Shown here: in pieces, positions 38,407-50,789 of the stretch
Layout of the letters: every line of letters starts with the position of its first letter
How positions within the stretch are numbered: position 1 is the stretch's first letter
Origin: Octopus sinensis
Lineage: Eukaryota
NCBI RefSeq assembly: GCF_006345805.1
Contig: NC_043000.1
Span: forward strand, 119,908,001-119,972,000
DNA length: 64,000 nucleotides
Direction: 5' to 3'
Made by a program: the position numbers and the translations under genes
Notes under the pieces: generated by a model
The model's database searches: none
What the model was told of the DNA's origin: nothing
The model's input: the letters and a program-made list of their open reading frames with translations, nothing else

Positions 38407-38597
38407 CCCGTAATCATTCAGATTGCTCTGTCAAGTTTGATGCTTATTGATTCACATTGTCTTAATTTAATCATGCATTATCTTGTTGCTTCGGTATTAT
38501 GATGATGGGATTGTTTGTTTTTAGAATGACATTGTAGGTTAGGTATGAGGGGCCAGATGTGAATGGTTTGGACATGGCTGGTTTAAATGCTAAAGGG
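38407..38597. mobile_element. piggyBac-like MITE family 2
   Basis: TTAA|CCCGTAATCATT ... AATGCTAAAGGG|TTGA. Confidence 0.65.
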
Positions 38598-38619
38598 TTG
38601 AACACCAAATGATTATGGG

Positions 38620-39560
38620 GTCCACCCAAGTAAAATAGGAACCAGAGGGGTCCATTGGAAAAAAAATGGTCGAGAACTACTGGCTTTGAGGCAGAGAGAA
38701 TTTTGATAAATCATGAATCTATGTTGTATGGTATTTGATAAATCTGTATGAGTTGAAATTACTGAAGTTGAGTTGATGTACTTGAAGCTTTTGTCTTTTG
38801 GTTGCCCAATATTTTGGTACAGCCTGTTCTTGGTAAATAACATGCATTGGTGCTGACTTGAACTAAAGACGGCAAATTTCATGTCTTTGACTGAAAAGAA
38901 TTTCTTTGACTTAGACTCTAGAACGGAGGTGATAAAGTAATGAAATTAAACAAATGCTTCTCTGATGCGTTGAAATAAATAAATAAATATATTGGATTCC
39001 TTTCTTTACAGCTAAAAGCATTTATTCAGAATTGCCTACTATCTTGATCGCAGACTCTGATCTCTTTGCACTTTAATTAGACTGAAACTGAAGAAAATAT
39101 AACAACTTTGGGATTTATTTGACACATTAGATGGCCTTTGCCAATCACTTTAGTAAATTTGATAGAATGTTCCACTGCTTCTACAAGATTTCCAGTTTTA
39201 AGGGGAGGGATTCATTGCCATTTGTCTGTAATTTTTCTATGATTGATAACTAAGGTTGTGTTCTGATTAAGAAAGTTTAGATGTAATATGTGAAAAAGAC
39301 AATAAAATGGCTGTATCTTCATTTACAGAGGGAATAAAATGTAGCTGTTTCAGGGACTTTAGAAAGAAAAGCCAGTTGGTAATATGGGGGGGTTCTCAGA
39401 TATGAAATCCCAGTCAATGAAACTCTGTGTATAGACATGGGAGATGTGTTTAGAATTCATCCATACAATGGATATAAAACTAATGTTATTGATGAGGGTA
39501 ATGATAGGATGACGGTGATGTATTGATATTTCTAAATTTGTGTATTGAAGCCAATCACCC
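38620..39560 (-). mobile_element. Possible highly degenerate Jockey/I-group LINE ORF2 fragment (end of endonuclease plus linker)
   Basis: Scattered motifs across broken frames: DTAILLSF, PLKTGNLVEAVEH, KYWATKRQKL; many stops. Confidence 0.25.
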
Positions 39561-40610
39561 ATATTGTTTTTTTTTTATATGATTTTGTCCCAAGCAAGGC
39601 CTGAACCCACTGTGGTTTAAGGGACTATGAAGAAGGACGAATATTTAAATGTGACAGAACCATCAGCACGCTGAGCAAAATGCTTAGCGACACTTCATCT
39701 GTCTTCATGTCCAGAGTTCAAATTCAATTGAAATCGACTTTGTTTTTTGTCCGCCCAGGATTGATAAAATAAGTACCATTTGAGCTGGGGGGAAGGGTCA
39801 TGTAGTTGACTTCCCCTCTCCCCCAGAATTGTTGGCTTTATGCCGAAATTTAAAACCCTCCTGCTGCTGTTGTTGTTGTTGTTGTAACATGGTGAACTGG
39901 CAGAATAGTTAGAATGTTGTGTGAAATGCCTTGTGGCCAGGGTCTTTACATTCTGAGTTCAAATCTCTCTGATGTCAGCTTTGTCTTTCAGGCTTGATAC
40001 AATAAAGTGCTAGTCAAATACTGGGATCAATGGTATTAACTATTCCCTGCCTCCCTCAAAATTGCAGGCTTTGTGTCTAAAACCCATTAACAACCCATTA
40101 ACATGTCTGACAAAATGTGCAGTAATGTTTCACCTGGCTCTTGACATTCTAAATTCAAATCCCACCCAGGTCAACTTTATTCTTCATCCTTTTGGACTCA
40201 ATAAAATAAGCACCAGGGTTGATGAAATCATCTTACACCACCCTCTAAAATTGCTGGGTTTGGTTAGGTTGGTCCACATTACTCTGTAAGGAGCAAAGGG
40301 CCAGTTTCCTGGTTTCTCTGGTATGGATATTTCTCCCTGGATGGGATGCCGGTCTGTAGCACAGTCATTCATTTTTATCATTTGAGTAAACTTGAGTGAT
40401 GTGAAATGAAGTATTTTACTTAAAAACACAACACATTGCCCAATCCAGGAATTGAAACCACAATCTTATGATCATGCGTCCCACACCCTAACCACTATGT
40501 CATGTTATTCCACCCGTAACTAGCTTGGTGCTGAAACCATTATCATTACTATTGGTTATTGGGATGTTTAGATGTGTGTTTATTTTATTCTGAAGCTTGA
40601 CTATATTTAA

Positions 40611-41369
40611 CCCTCTAGTGTGTACATTATTCTGTCAAGAGTACTCAACTCTGTCGGTCATGAATGACCATGGGTACACCTAAAAGGTTCTCCTCTGGGG
40701 TACAAGTGTGGACGGAAAGTCGCCTCACCCGCGAATACATAACCTAGGGTTGTTTTTATGGAAGGCCAGCAGTCACCCATGCATACCAGCCTCACCTCTC
40801 CATGCCACCATTGTTATCCAAAGGAAAAGCAAAGGCCGATAACGCTCAGCACCAGTGATGTCGCATCTCATTTCTACAGATGAGTGAACTGGAGCAATGT
40901 GAAATAAAGTGTCTTGCTCAAGAACACAACACATAGCCTGGCCCAGGAATCAAACTCACAACCTCACGATCGTAAACCCAATGCTCTAACCACTGTGCCA
41001 TGTGCCTTCACTTGTCAATAGTCATGTTTATTTATTCCCATGTTTTTAATTAATCATGGATTTTCTTGTAGCTTTGACATTTTGATGAGATAACTGTTAA
41101 TTTTTAGAATGATATTGTAGGGGACAGAGGCAGGCCCCAGGGGGGTGCTTGTGGGGCACGTGCCCCCCTCAAGAAAAGAGCGCCCTTCAAAATAATGTTA
41201 TTATGCTCTTTCCTCCTAGAATTGTATCACCTTCTGACTTGTGCCCTTCCTTCGAAAAATTCCTGGGGCTGTGCTTGGAGGAGGTGCGAGAGGTCACATC
41301 TGGCGAGTTTGAACACAATAAACATGTCGAATATTTGGGTTGGATATGGCTGGTTTAAATACTAAAGGG
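40611..41369. mobile_element. piggyBac-like MITE family 2 with a nested SINE (about 40640-41010) and a nested small TIR element (41130-41274)
   Basis: TTAA|CCCTCTAG ... ACTAAAGGG|TTAA; internal blocks align with 38407-38597; inner element ends gcaggccccagg / cctggggctgtgc. Confidence 0.65.
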
Positions 41370-41957
41370 TTAAAGTATTACCAAATACATTTTCTTTCGA
41401 GTATTCACTAGAAAGGATCATAATACTGCGAGGAGAACCTGTGCTCAATACCCAGTGGGGAGACAGAATAAATGGTTTTGCTTTTAAAGACATTGTCTTA
41501 ATTATTTACACGTATGATGTTTTTCCTTTCAAAATGCTTCCAAAACACAAATATGTCACATAACTAATGAGGAAAAAACAAAAGCATTGCAAAGAAAAAC
41601 AGATAGAGAAGACAACTGAATGAACAAAAGGACGAACAAAATGAACAGTTCAATTAACAATTAATACATAAAAATGATTTAATTGGTAGTTTTGAAGCAG
41701 AGACAGTAACAACAGTACACAAGACCTTCGCACTTTAAATCTCTTGTACAGTAACTGTGTTCATACCAATCCTTGCAACAAATGGAACATTTCGACTTAA
41801 CACAGTTTGAAGAATGTGAAGAATGGAAAAGAAAAGTACACCATCAATGCTGGGGATGCCAAGAAAAATCCCTTTAGGTCTGGTGTTAGAAAGAAATAAG
41901 CCAACACCATGTCTGTTAACAGTAGCAACCTGTAGCACCATTCTGTCATTAAGTGAT

Positions 41958-42260
41958 GAGTAAAGGGACATGGCTTAGTGGTTGGAGTATCAGGCACGAC
42001 ATAATGCCAAAGGTCTCGGTCATTGCCTCCATGAGGCCCTTCATTTGAAATGAATTCGGCCACTTTGCCTCCATGAAGCCTGATTAAGAGTAAAGGCACA
42101 TGGCTTAGTGGTTAGAGTATCAAGCATGACATAATACCAAAGGTCTCGGTCATTGCTTCCGTGAGGCCCAACACTTGAAAGGAACTCAGCCACTTTGCCT
42201 CCATGAGGCCCAGTTAAGAGTAAAGACACATGGCTTAGTGGTTCGATACCCAGTGGTGTA
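41958..42260. repeat. 130-bp tandem repeat beginning with a tRNA A-box half; related block at 43375-43535
   Basis: gagtaaagg..catggcttagtggtt at 41958, 42088 and 42218. Confidence 0.85.
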
Positions 42261-42569
42261 TTGTGTACTTGTTGTAAAGTGGTCTTTTACCACTGTTGTA
42301 TCTGTCAATTGACAACAGTTGTCGCTCTGACAGATATTGTTATATTCTGAAATCATCAATAAAATGTTTCTATCTGGCACTGTACGACCCCACCAGTTGT
42401 ACAGTATTATTATCCTCTAAAGGTTGGATTACTATATCAGCACAGACACGATTATCAATACAGTCTACACCTACTCTTGACCTTCTGACCTTCTCCGCAA
42501 CGACCGTCTACTGGTCTATTTATAATGGCTGGCTACTACCACTTTTTACCAGCAGGAGTGTAGAGTTTC

Positions 42570-42820
42570 TTATTTCTTTATTGCCCACAAGGGGCTACAC
42601 ACAGAGGGAACAAACAAGGACAGACAAACGGATTAAGTTGATTATATTGGCCCCAGTGTGTAACTGGTACTTATTTAATTGACCCCGAAAGGATGAAAGT
42701 CAAAGTCGACCTCGGCGAAATTTGAACTCAGAATGTAGCGGCAGACAAAATACCGCTAAGATTCTTCAAGAAATACCACTAAGCACTTTGCCCGGCGTGC
42801 TAACGTTTCTGCCAGTTTCA
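42570..42820 (-). mobile_element. SINE family B
   Basis: Reverse complement of the family B consensus with a short internal duplication. Confidence 0.8.
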
Positions 42821-44279
42821 CTATACAACAGTACTTCAGCAAGATCCTCAGATACATTACTCCAATCCACTCAGCTGGCAAAATTGAGTAGTACCTGTAT
42901 TTCATATACTGTATTACACTGAATCTTCTTGAGAACTAGGTTAAGGGTACTCATGTCTGAGGAGTGCTCAGCCACTTGCATGTTAATTTTTAGAATGATA
43001 TTGTAGGGGACAGCGGGGTGCTTGTGAGGCACATGCCCCACTCAAGAAAAGAAATGCGCCCTTCAAAATAATGTTATTATGCTCTTTCCTCTTGGAATTG
43101 CATCACCTTCTGACTTGTGCCCTTCCTTTGAAAAATTTCTGGGACCGTTCTTGGAGGAGGTGTGAGAAGTTAGATCTGGTGAGTTTGAACACAAAAAACA
43201 TGTAGAATTTTACAAGCAGGCTGTTCCATTGATTAAGTTAACTGGAACATAACCAATAGAGCATCAGTTTTGTGATGAGGAGGAAATAATCTTTATCTTT
43301 AAGTTGTTGCATTCTGTGTGACCCCGGTATCTGCCACGACTGCAATTTTGCTCAGCTTGACAGGTCTTCTTCTCAAGCACGACATAACGGTCTTGGTCAT
43401 TGCCTCCTTGAGGCCCAACACTTAATAGGAACTCGGCCACTTTGCCTCCATGAGGCCCAACGCTTGAAAGGAACTCAGCCTCCTTGCTTCTCAAAAGGAA
43501 CTCAGCCACTTTGCCTCCATGAGGCCTGATTAAGAAAACTTTCTTAAAATTAACAAACACATTAACAAATCAATGGGTAATGTAAAACCAGTCTGAGGAA
43601 AATTTGGATTTGTCATTTGTAGATGATATAAGATTAGGAAATAATTCTTCATTTGATAAATGCAAATAATTAAATGGTACAAAGAGACTGACTCAGCTTT
43701 TGTCTCTTTTTTTTTTTACCATCTTTAGATTTCTTTATTGGCCACACAGAGCTAAACACAGAAGGGACAAAATACAAAGTAGAGCTTTTCTTTTTGGGAA
43801 GAAGAGAAGGGGGAAAAAGGGGGGTGGCGAATTCTGATAAAAAAGTATCCTGAAAAAAAGGTGGGGTTCTGATCAAAAGGGATCATGAAAAAAAAAAAGG
43901 AAAGAAAAAAACCAAACAGATAATTGACAAAATTATGCATTTGTGCTCTTAGGGACTTTCCAAGAGGACTTTCTAAACCTAATTGTGCTTCTGTTCCACA
44001 AACACACTTCTCATTCTTGGCAATTAACATGTTATCCATCATGGCCTGTTGTTGATGATTGGGTGAAGTTCATGACAAATCACCAGTAATACATGTGGTG
44101 GTTAATATGATGATATCTGTTAATTTCCAGCTGAGGGATCCTTGTATTGCATTTGGGCCTTGTAGTTTTTTTTTTCTGTTTTTGTTGTGAAATTGAATAA
44201 CATATCATACATGTGAAGTGTAGACCCTCTCAAACCAGCTCCCACCTTATGGAAGAACGAAGGAAAATAACAAAAGCTC

Positions 44280-44635
44280 CATTGTGAGGGTGTATGGCTT
44301 AGTGGTTAAGGTAGTCGGCTCACAGTTGTGAAGTCATGAGTTTGAATCCTGGTAGCATGAATGTGTCCTTGAGCAAGACTCTTTATTTCACATTGCTCCA
44401 GTTCGTTCAGCTGGAAAAAAAAATTGTACATTTTTTTTTCCAAAGGGCCAGCCTTGCCACATTCTGTGTCACGCTGAATCTCTCTGAGAACTACGCTAAG
44501 GATACATGTGTGTGTGTGTGGAATACTCAGCCACTTCCATGTTAATTCTATTATGAGCAGGCTGTTCCATTGATCAGATCAACTGGGACACTCATCATTG
44601 TTACTGATGGAGTGCCAGTCATATAAGACTCCACC
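44280..44635 (+). mobile_element. tRNA-derived SINE family E (CORE-like body); related copies near 18355, 24530, 35400, 40330, 40860, 42840, 48720
   Basis: tggcttagtggttaagg head, gagtttgaatcc B box, gtgtccttgagcaagactctttatttcacattgctccagt body. Confidence 0.7.
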
Positions 44636-44901
44636 ACCATCATAATCAGAAAACAAAAGAAAGGAGAAGAAGCAAATATTAAATTTAGCTGCTTTCTTTT
44701 CGTTTTCTTTATTTATTTATTCCCTTCGATATGGCAAACATACCGAGCGGTAATGAATCATTTGAAATTATAGTGTAAATACCGTGAGCTGACCATTTGG
44801 TAACTAAACCGACTTGCTGAAAGCAAATAATTAAATCACACAGAACGACTTATACTCGTCTCTCGTCTTTTTCTTTCCATCCCCTACCATCTTTGCAGAA
44901 G

Positions 44902-45188
44902 CTTTGATAAACTTTGATCTTTGATGAACTAACGAGATAAACGAAAGGAAAAAGTCATTATAATTAACAGTCTTTAATCACGTAATTCTATTCTATTTTT
45001 AACATTCTTTGAGAAATAAATAATTCTTCTCTCTCTCTTGTACACATCTCGTTTTTCTATAGACTTTTGCTGTTTCATTTCCTTTATTCCTTGTTATACA
45101 GATTTCATGTTCCACTTGAACGAACTCTCTGCAGTTGGGCATTTATAGACTGCTCTTGTTGCTTTCTTTGTGAAACTTCTCAACTGGT
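44902..45188 (+). repeat. About 285-bp near-identical duplicate of 49023-49308
   Basis: Direct visual alignment shows only a few substitutions. Confidence 0.9.
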
Positions 45189-46394
45189 GTGCAGTTAGCT
45201 ATTACTTCAGATATGTCTTACTGCCTTTCATTTACTATTATATGTATTATGTATTTTACTTTCTTCCTCTCTTTTACTCTTTTACTTGTTTCACTCATTT
45301 GACTGTCTTTAGTCGAGCAAATCGACCCCAGGACTTATTCTTTGTAAGCCTACTGCATATTATATTGGTCGCTTTTGCCGAACCGCTAAGTTCGGTTGTC
45401 AAGCGATGGTGGGGGGGACAGACAGACACACACACACACACACACATCATCATCGTTTAATGTCCGTTCTCCATGCTAGCATGGGTTGGACGGTTCGACT
45501 GGGGATCTGGGAAGCCAGAAGGCTGCACCAGGCTCCAGTCTTATCTGGCAATGTTTCTACAGCTGGATGCCCTTCCTAATGCCAAGACACATATATATAT
45601 ATATACATATACATTTATACGATGGGCTTCTTTCAGTTTCTGTCTACCAAATCCACTCACAAAGCTTTGGTCGACTCAAAGCTATAGTAGAAGACACTTG
45701 CCCAAGGTGCCACACAGTGGGAATGAACTCAGAACCATGTGGTTCTTAAGCAAGCTACTTACGACACGGCCACTCCTGCGCCTATGAAAATACACCTGTG
45801 GAATTTTTTTATAGTTTTTGCATTTCAGTCATTGGATTGTAGCCCTGCTGAGGTCTTCAGTCATTGGATGGCAGCCTTGAAAGCTCTTAGTGGTACAGAT
45901 CATCCTAGTACTTATTTTTTTAAAGTCTGATAACTTATGTTGTCAGTCTCCCTTGCTGAACAACTGCTAAGTTGTGGGGATGTAAACACATGAGTTGTAA
46001 AGGGATGGGCATAGGGAACAGAAACACAAAGACCCACACATACAATGCATACCACTGCCCATATCAGTTATTTTAACACTTTTCCCGCTGTATTGCGTGC
46101 TTGTTTCTTTTTTGCATCTTTGATTATTTATCTTTGCTCTTCTATGTAAATGAAAATATTGCTTTGTTTTGCTGCTTTTCTTTCTACACAACGAGAAGAT
46201 ACATTGCAGAACTGTTATTTTAACGAGTTGTGTCTATTTATCACCTGATGAGACACATCTGCACCGCTGCCTGCTCCTGAAACAGCTGTTAAGTGTACCA
46301 CTTAATTGCGAGGGATCGATATTAGATGTATCTAAATAATTGTCATGATTAATAATAAATTCTCGTATATTCCTTCTTCTGGCTTTCATTTACC

Positions 46395-46428
<34 letters not shown>

Positions 46429-46439
46429 GAAGGTGCAAC

Positions 46440-46905
46440 AAGATTTTGCAAGCACACTCGTGCCAGTGGAATGTTAAAAGCACATCCGAACGTGATCGTT
46501 GCCAGGGCCACGGATTGGCTCTCGTGCCGGTGACATGTGAAAAGCACAATTCAAGCATGATCATTGCCAGTGTCGCTTTACCAGCACATGTGCTGGTGGA
46601 ACGGGAAAAACAACATTCAAGTGTGGTCATTGCCAGTGCCGACAGAGTGGCGCCTGTGGAGGTAGCACATAAAAACACCTTTTGAGCGTGGGCCATTGCT
46701 GGAACCACCTGGCTGGCCCTCATGCTGGTGGCATGTAAAAGCACCCATTAGACTCTCAGAGTGGTTGGCGTTAGGAAGGGCATCCAGCTGTAGAAACTTT
46801 GCCAGATCAGATTGAGACTGGTGCAGCTTTCTGGCTCACCAGTCCTCAGTCAAACCGTCCAACCCATTCCAGCATGGAAAGTAGGCGTAAAATGATGATG
46901 ATGAT
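46440..46905 (+). mobile_element. Family C
   Basis: Internal units and tail ...gcatggaaagtaggcgtaaaatgatgatg. Confidence 0.8.
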
Positions 46906-47156
46906 ATGCTTAAAAATATAGCAATCACCACAAAAGCAGAAATCTGCGAAATATAAGGATATTAAGAAATTCTTAAAGAAATCCATTGCTGTAATTGCAT
47001 CTATACACCAAATACTCATGTAGCAGAATTCAAAGCAGCTTTTTGATTTTTTTCTAATGTAAAAACAGCTTTTTCTTTTATTTGAAAACTTTGTTTTGAC
47101 TTCCAAATATTTGTTTCGCATATTTCCTTACTCGCAATTACCATTATGGTAAACAC

Positions 47157-47190
<34 letters not shown>

Positions 47191-47513
47191 ATTAACTTGC
47201 ACTCATTGCAGAAGATTTAGATTCATCAACATATGGAAAGAACTTCCGGAAGCTTCAGTCATGGATACAATCTTTCAAAAGCTGAGTGCACAATCACCTT
47301 TTGTCACTCGAACCCTCAGTAATGCACTGAAGCGGTGATTTGCCTGTTGAACTTGTCTTTGATCTGAAATGTTCTTTGAGGTTTTTGTTCATGAATGCCT
47401 GCAATATAAAAAACGAAACAAAAACAATCTCAATCTACGTTTTATTGAATTATGAAGGCTGTTATCTGTTCTTGTGGAACATTGTGTTTGCATTTTTGTT
47501 ATTTCAGCCGCCG

Positions 47514-47546
<33 letters not shown>

Positions 47547-47821
47547 CTGTTTTAATGTCTACTTTCCCTTGGGTAGAATGGAGTGTATTGAGGTCGGGTT
47601 TTCTATGAATAGATGCCCTTCCTGTCATCAACCCTTACCTGTTTTCAAGCAAAGGAATCTCACCTCATGGTCAAATGCATTTTTGCTTTCAGGTAGAATG
47701 CTTTCAGGTAGAACGGTCAAGCAATGTCCTGACAAAGAGACAAAAGTGCGCGCACATGCGCTCGTGCACACATACACACACATGCACATGGTGTATATAC
47801 ACATATATATACAAACATGAC

Positions 47822-48200
47822 AGGGAGCTGGCAGAATCATTAGCATGCCAGATGAAATGCTTAGCAGTATTTCGTCTGCCGGTACATTCTGAGTTCAAAT
47901 TCCGCCGAGGTTGACTTTGCCTTTTAATCCTTTCGGGGTCGATTAAATAAATACCATTTACACACTGGGGTCGATATAATCAACTTAATCTGTTTGTCCT
48001 TGTTTGTCCTCTGTGTTTAGCCCCTTGTGGGTAGTAAAGAAATAGGTATTTCGTCTGTCGCTACGTTCTGAGTTTGAATTCCGCTGAGGTCAACTTTGCT
48101 TTCATCCTTTCGGGGTCGATTAAATAAGTACCAGTTACGCACTGGGGTCGATGTAATCGACTTAATCCCTTTGTGTGTCATTGTTTGTCCCCTCTATGTT
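47822..48200 (+). mobile_element. SINE family B plus a tandem partial copy
   Basis: Full copy to about 48045, then the repeat restarts at gtatttcgtctgtcgctacg. Confidence 0.8.
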
Positions 48201-48204
48201 TAGT

Positions 48205-48548
48205 CGAGGAAATCGACCTCAGGACTCATTCTTTGTAAGCCTAGTACTTGTTCTATCGATCTCTTTTGCCGAACTGCTAAGTTATGGGGACATAAACACA
48301 CCAGCATCAGTTGTCAAGTGATGTTGGGGTGGGGGGCAAACTCAGACACACAAACACACACTTATATATATATATACATATATACGACAGGCTTCTTTCA
48401 GTTTCCATCTACCAAATCCACTCACAAGGCTTTGGTCGGCCCAAGGCTATAGTAGAAGGCATTTGCCCAAGGTGCCATGCAGTGGAACTGAACCTAGAAC
48501 CATGTGGTTGGTAAGCAAGCTACTTACCACACAGCCACTCCTGCTCCT
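48205..48548 (-). mobile_element. SINE family A
   Basis: Ends ...cttaccacacagccactcctgctcc on the + strand (head on -). Confidence 0.8.
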
Positions 48549-49022
48549 GTGTATTTAGAAATTTTTCCAATAACGATAGAAAATGGGACCTGAGGGATTA
48601 TTAAAAAAAAAAAAAGTTATTGGAGGAAGTAGTGTCAATGGCTTTTGGAGAGCTTCCAAATCTGATAGAAGAAAGGAATACTTATTTCTCAGACGCAGTC
48701 TGGCCAACACATTTCTTAAACTGGTACACTGTCGGTTGTGATGACAGATGTTCTGATTAACAGAACAGCTTGCTTGTGAAACTAATGTGCAAGCGGCTGA
48801 GCACTCCATGGACATGCATACACGGAATGTAGTTTTCAGGGAGCTTCAACATGACACAGAATGTAATAAGGTTGGTCCTTTGAAACACAAGTACAACTCA
48901 TTTTTACCAGCTGAGTGGACTGGATGAATGTGAAATAAAATGTCTTGCTTAAGGACACAACATGTTACTGGGTATCAATCTCATGACCCTAGAATTATGA
49001 ACTGTATACCTGAACCACTAAA

Positions 49023-49308
49023 CTTTAATAAACTTTGATCTTTGATAACTAACGAGATAAACGAAAGGAAAAAGTCATTATAATTAACAGTCTTTAATCA
49101 CTTAATTCTATTCTATTTTTAACATTCTTCGAGAAATGAATAATTCTTCTCTCTCTCTTGTACACATCTCGTTTTTCTATAGACTTTTGCTGTTTCATTT
49201 CCTTTATTCCTTGTTATACAGATTTCATGTTCCACTTGAACGAACTCTCTGCAGTTGGGCATTTATGGACTGCTCTTGTTGCTTTCTTTGTGAAACTTCT
49301 CAACTGGT
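49023..49308 (+). repeat. About 285-bp near-identical duplicate of 44902-45188
   Basis: As above. Confidence 0.9.
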
Positions 49309-49635
49309 TTCTCTCAAAATCCTGTTTCGCTTAAAATCTACCCTGTTTCTCTCAAAATCTTGAGATGGTCTGAGACAACATTAAAAGACACTTGCTCATG
49401 GTACTCTTCTCTGAAATCAAGCCCATCCTTTCATAAGCAAGCTTCTTAGCTACATGGTCATAGCTGCACATAAAAATTCTGTTATATTGAGTTGAAATTT
49501 GTTTACTAATAATGCTAGCATTAAACAGTTGAAGTCTGGCTATAGGCCAAAGACAGCGGTTGGTACTATTAATTTTGTGAAATGAGAATTGTCATTATTT
49601 TTAATATCCATTTCCTACATTGACATGGGTTAGAC

Positions 49636-50100
49636 CAGGGGTCACCAAACCTTTTTCATGATGGGCGAGATAACTGAGAGATTGATGAGCGCAGATCACA
49701 CAACCATTTTGTTTAATACAATACAGTGAATACACAAAACATAAAGACAACATACACATTTATTTGCCAAAATGTTATCAAAGAAGGCACTGTTAGCAAC
49801 AAGATAGTTATATCACCCCCAGTGCACACATATCCGAATCTCACAAACTAGGCAAAAAAGGTTAGTGAGATTTGTGAAGCTGGTGTTTAGTTTTAAAGAT
49901 ATCATCAATATTTGCTTTGGAATTGCTGCATCCAACCAAGAGAATTGCTTCCAAAGGCTCATCAGTCAACCTTGTTCGATGTGCTGACTTCGCATTCTTC
50001 ATTTTTGAAAATGTTTGCTCACAGACATAAGCTGTCCCAGACACTGATGCCATACCAGATGTAGATGAACTCCCATTGCGGGTACTTGCACAAAAGGTAT
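49636..50100 (-). mobile_element. hAT (Buster/Charlie-type) transposon end with transposase dimerisation-domain fragment
   Basis: TIR-like CAGGGGTCACCAAACCTTTT at 49636, preceded by the 8-mer ggtTAgac (Buster NNNTANNN site); minus ORF SGTAYVCEQTFSKMKNAKSAHRTRLTDEPL...HKSH* resembles the hATC domain. Confidence 0.85.
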
Positions 50101-50476
50101 AGCATGGCAGAGGTGCATATGAACTGATCTCATTGGCCGTAGTTTGGTGACCCTTTGATTAGACAGTTCAACAGGAACTGGCAAGCCAGAGGATTTGTCC
50201 AAATGCTTACTTTGGCATGGTTTCTACAACTGTATGTCCTTCCTAATACCAGCAACCTTACAGAATATAATGAGTGCTTTTTGCATGGCACCAGCACTGG
50301 TGAGTTCACCAGATATCTTGCATGATAAGACATCCCTGATCAACTGAGTGGGGAGTAGTGTTGAGGCTAGGTGATGGAAAGGTTAAAATATGATAGAGGA
50401 ATGGGAAGTAGTGTCTTTCTGTTGGGGAGATACATGCTTACCCACGATGGAGAAGATGTGTCAAGGTGTACCTTTA

Positions 50477-50789
50477 TACATTATTTACATTTGACGGGTA
50501 TTTGTCCTCATCTTGTTTGTTGTTAATACAACGTTTCAGCTGATATACCCTCCAGTCTTCATCAAGTGTCTTGGGGAAATTTTGAACCTTGGTTCTCAAT
50601 CCTAAGGTATTTTTTTGATGTCATTGTTGGCAGCGTCGGCATCGGTTGTCGTCGTTGTTATTATTATTCAGGTCACTGCCTGGAATCGAACTCAGACTCT
50701 TGGGGTTAGTAGCCCGTGCTTTTATCTGCTACGCCATATGCCCGTGTAAATAATGTACATAATTCCTCATCTCTTAAATATAGAACTGT
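50477..50789 (-). mobile_element. tRNA-headed short element with a hammerhead-like 3' part and an inverted terminal tail
   Basis: Minus strand: TGGCGTAGCAGATAA (A box), GAGTTCGATTCC (B box), (AAT/AAC)n linker, then the hammerhead-like motif; 13-bp inverted repeat at 50477-50489 / 50745-50757. Confidence 0.65.
50526..50569 (-). ncRNA. Degenerate minimal type I hammerhead-like motif
   Basis: ACAC-TTGATGA-A-GACTGGAGGGTATATCAGCT-GAAAC-GTT-GTAT; ACGT palindrome in helix III; C3 replaced by T. Confidence 0.55.

Noticed and set aside
46241-46295. CTGATGA...GAAACAGCTGTT hammerhead-like motif
   Set aside because: The core and a palindromic helix III are present, but helices I and II do not pair convincingly.
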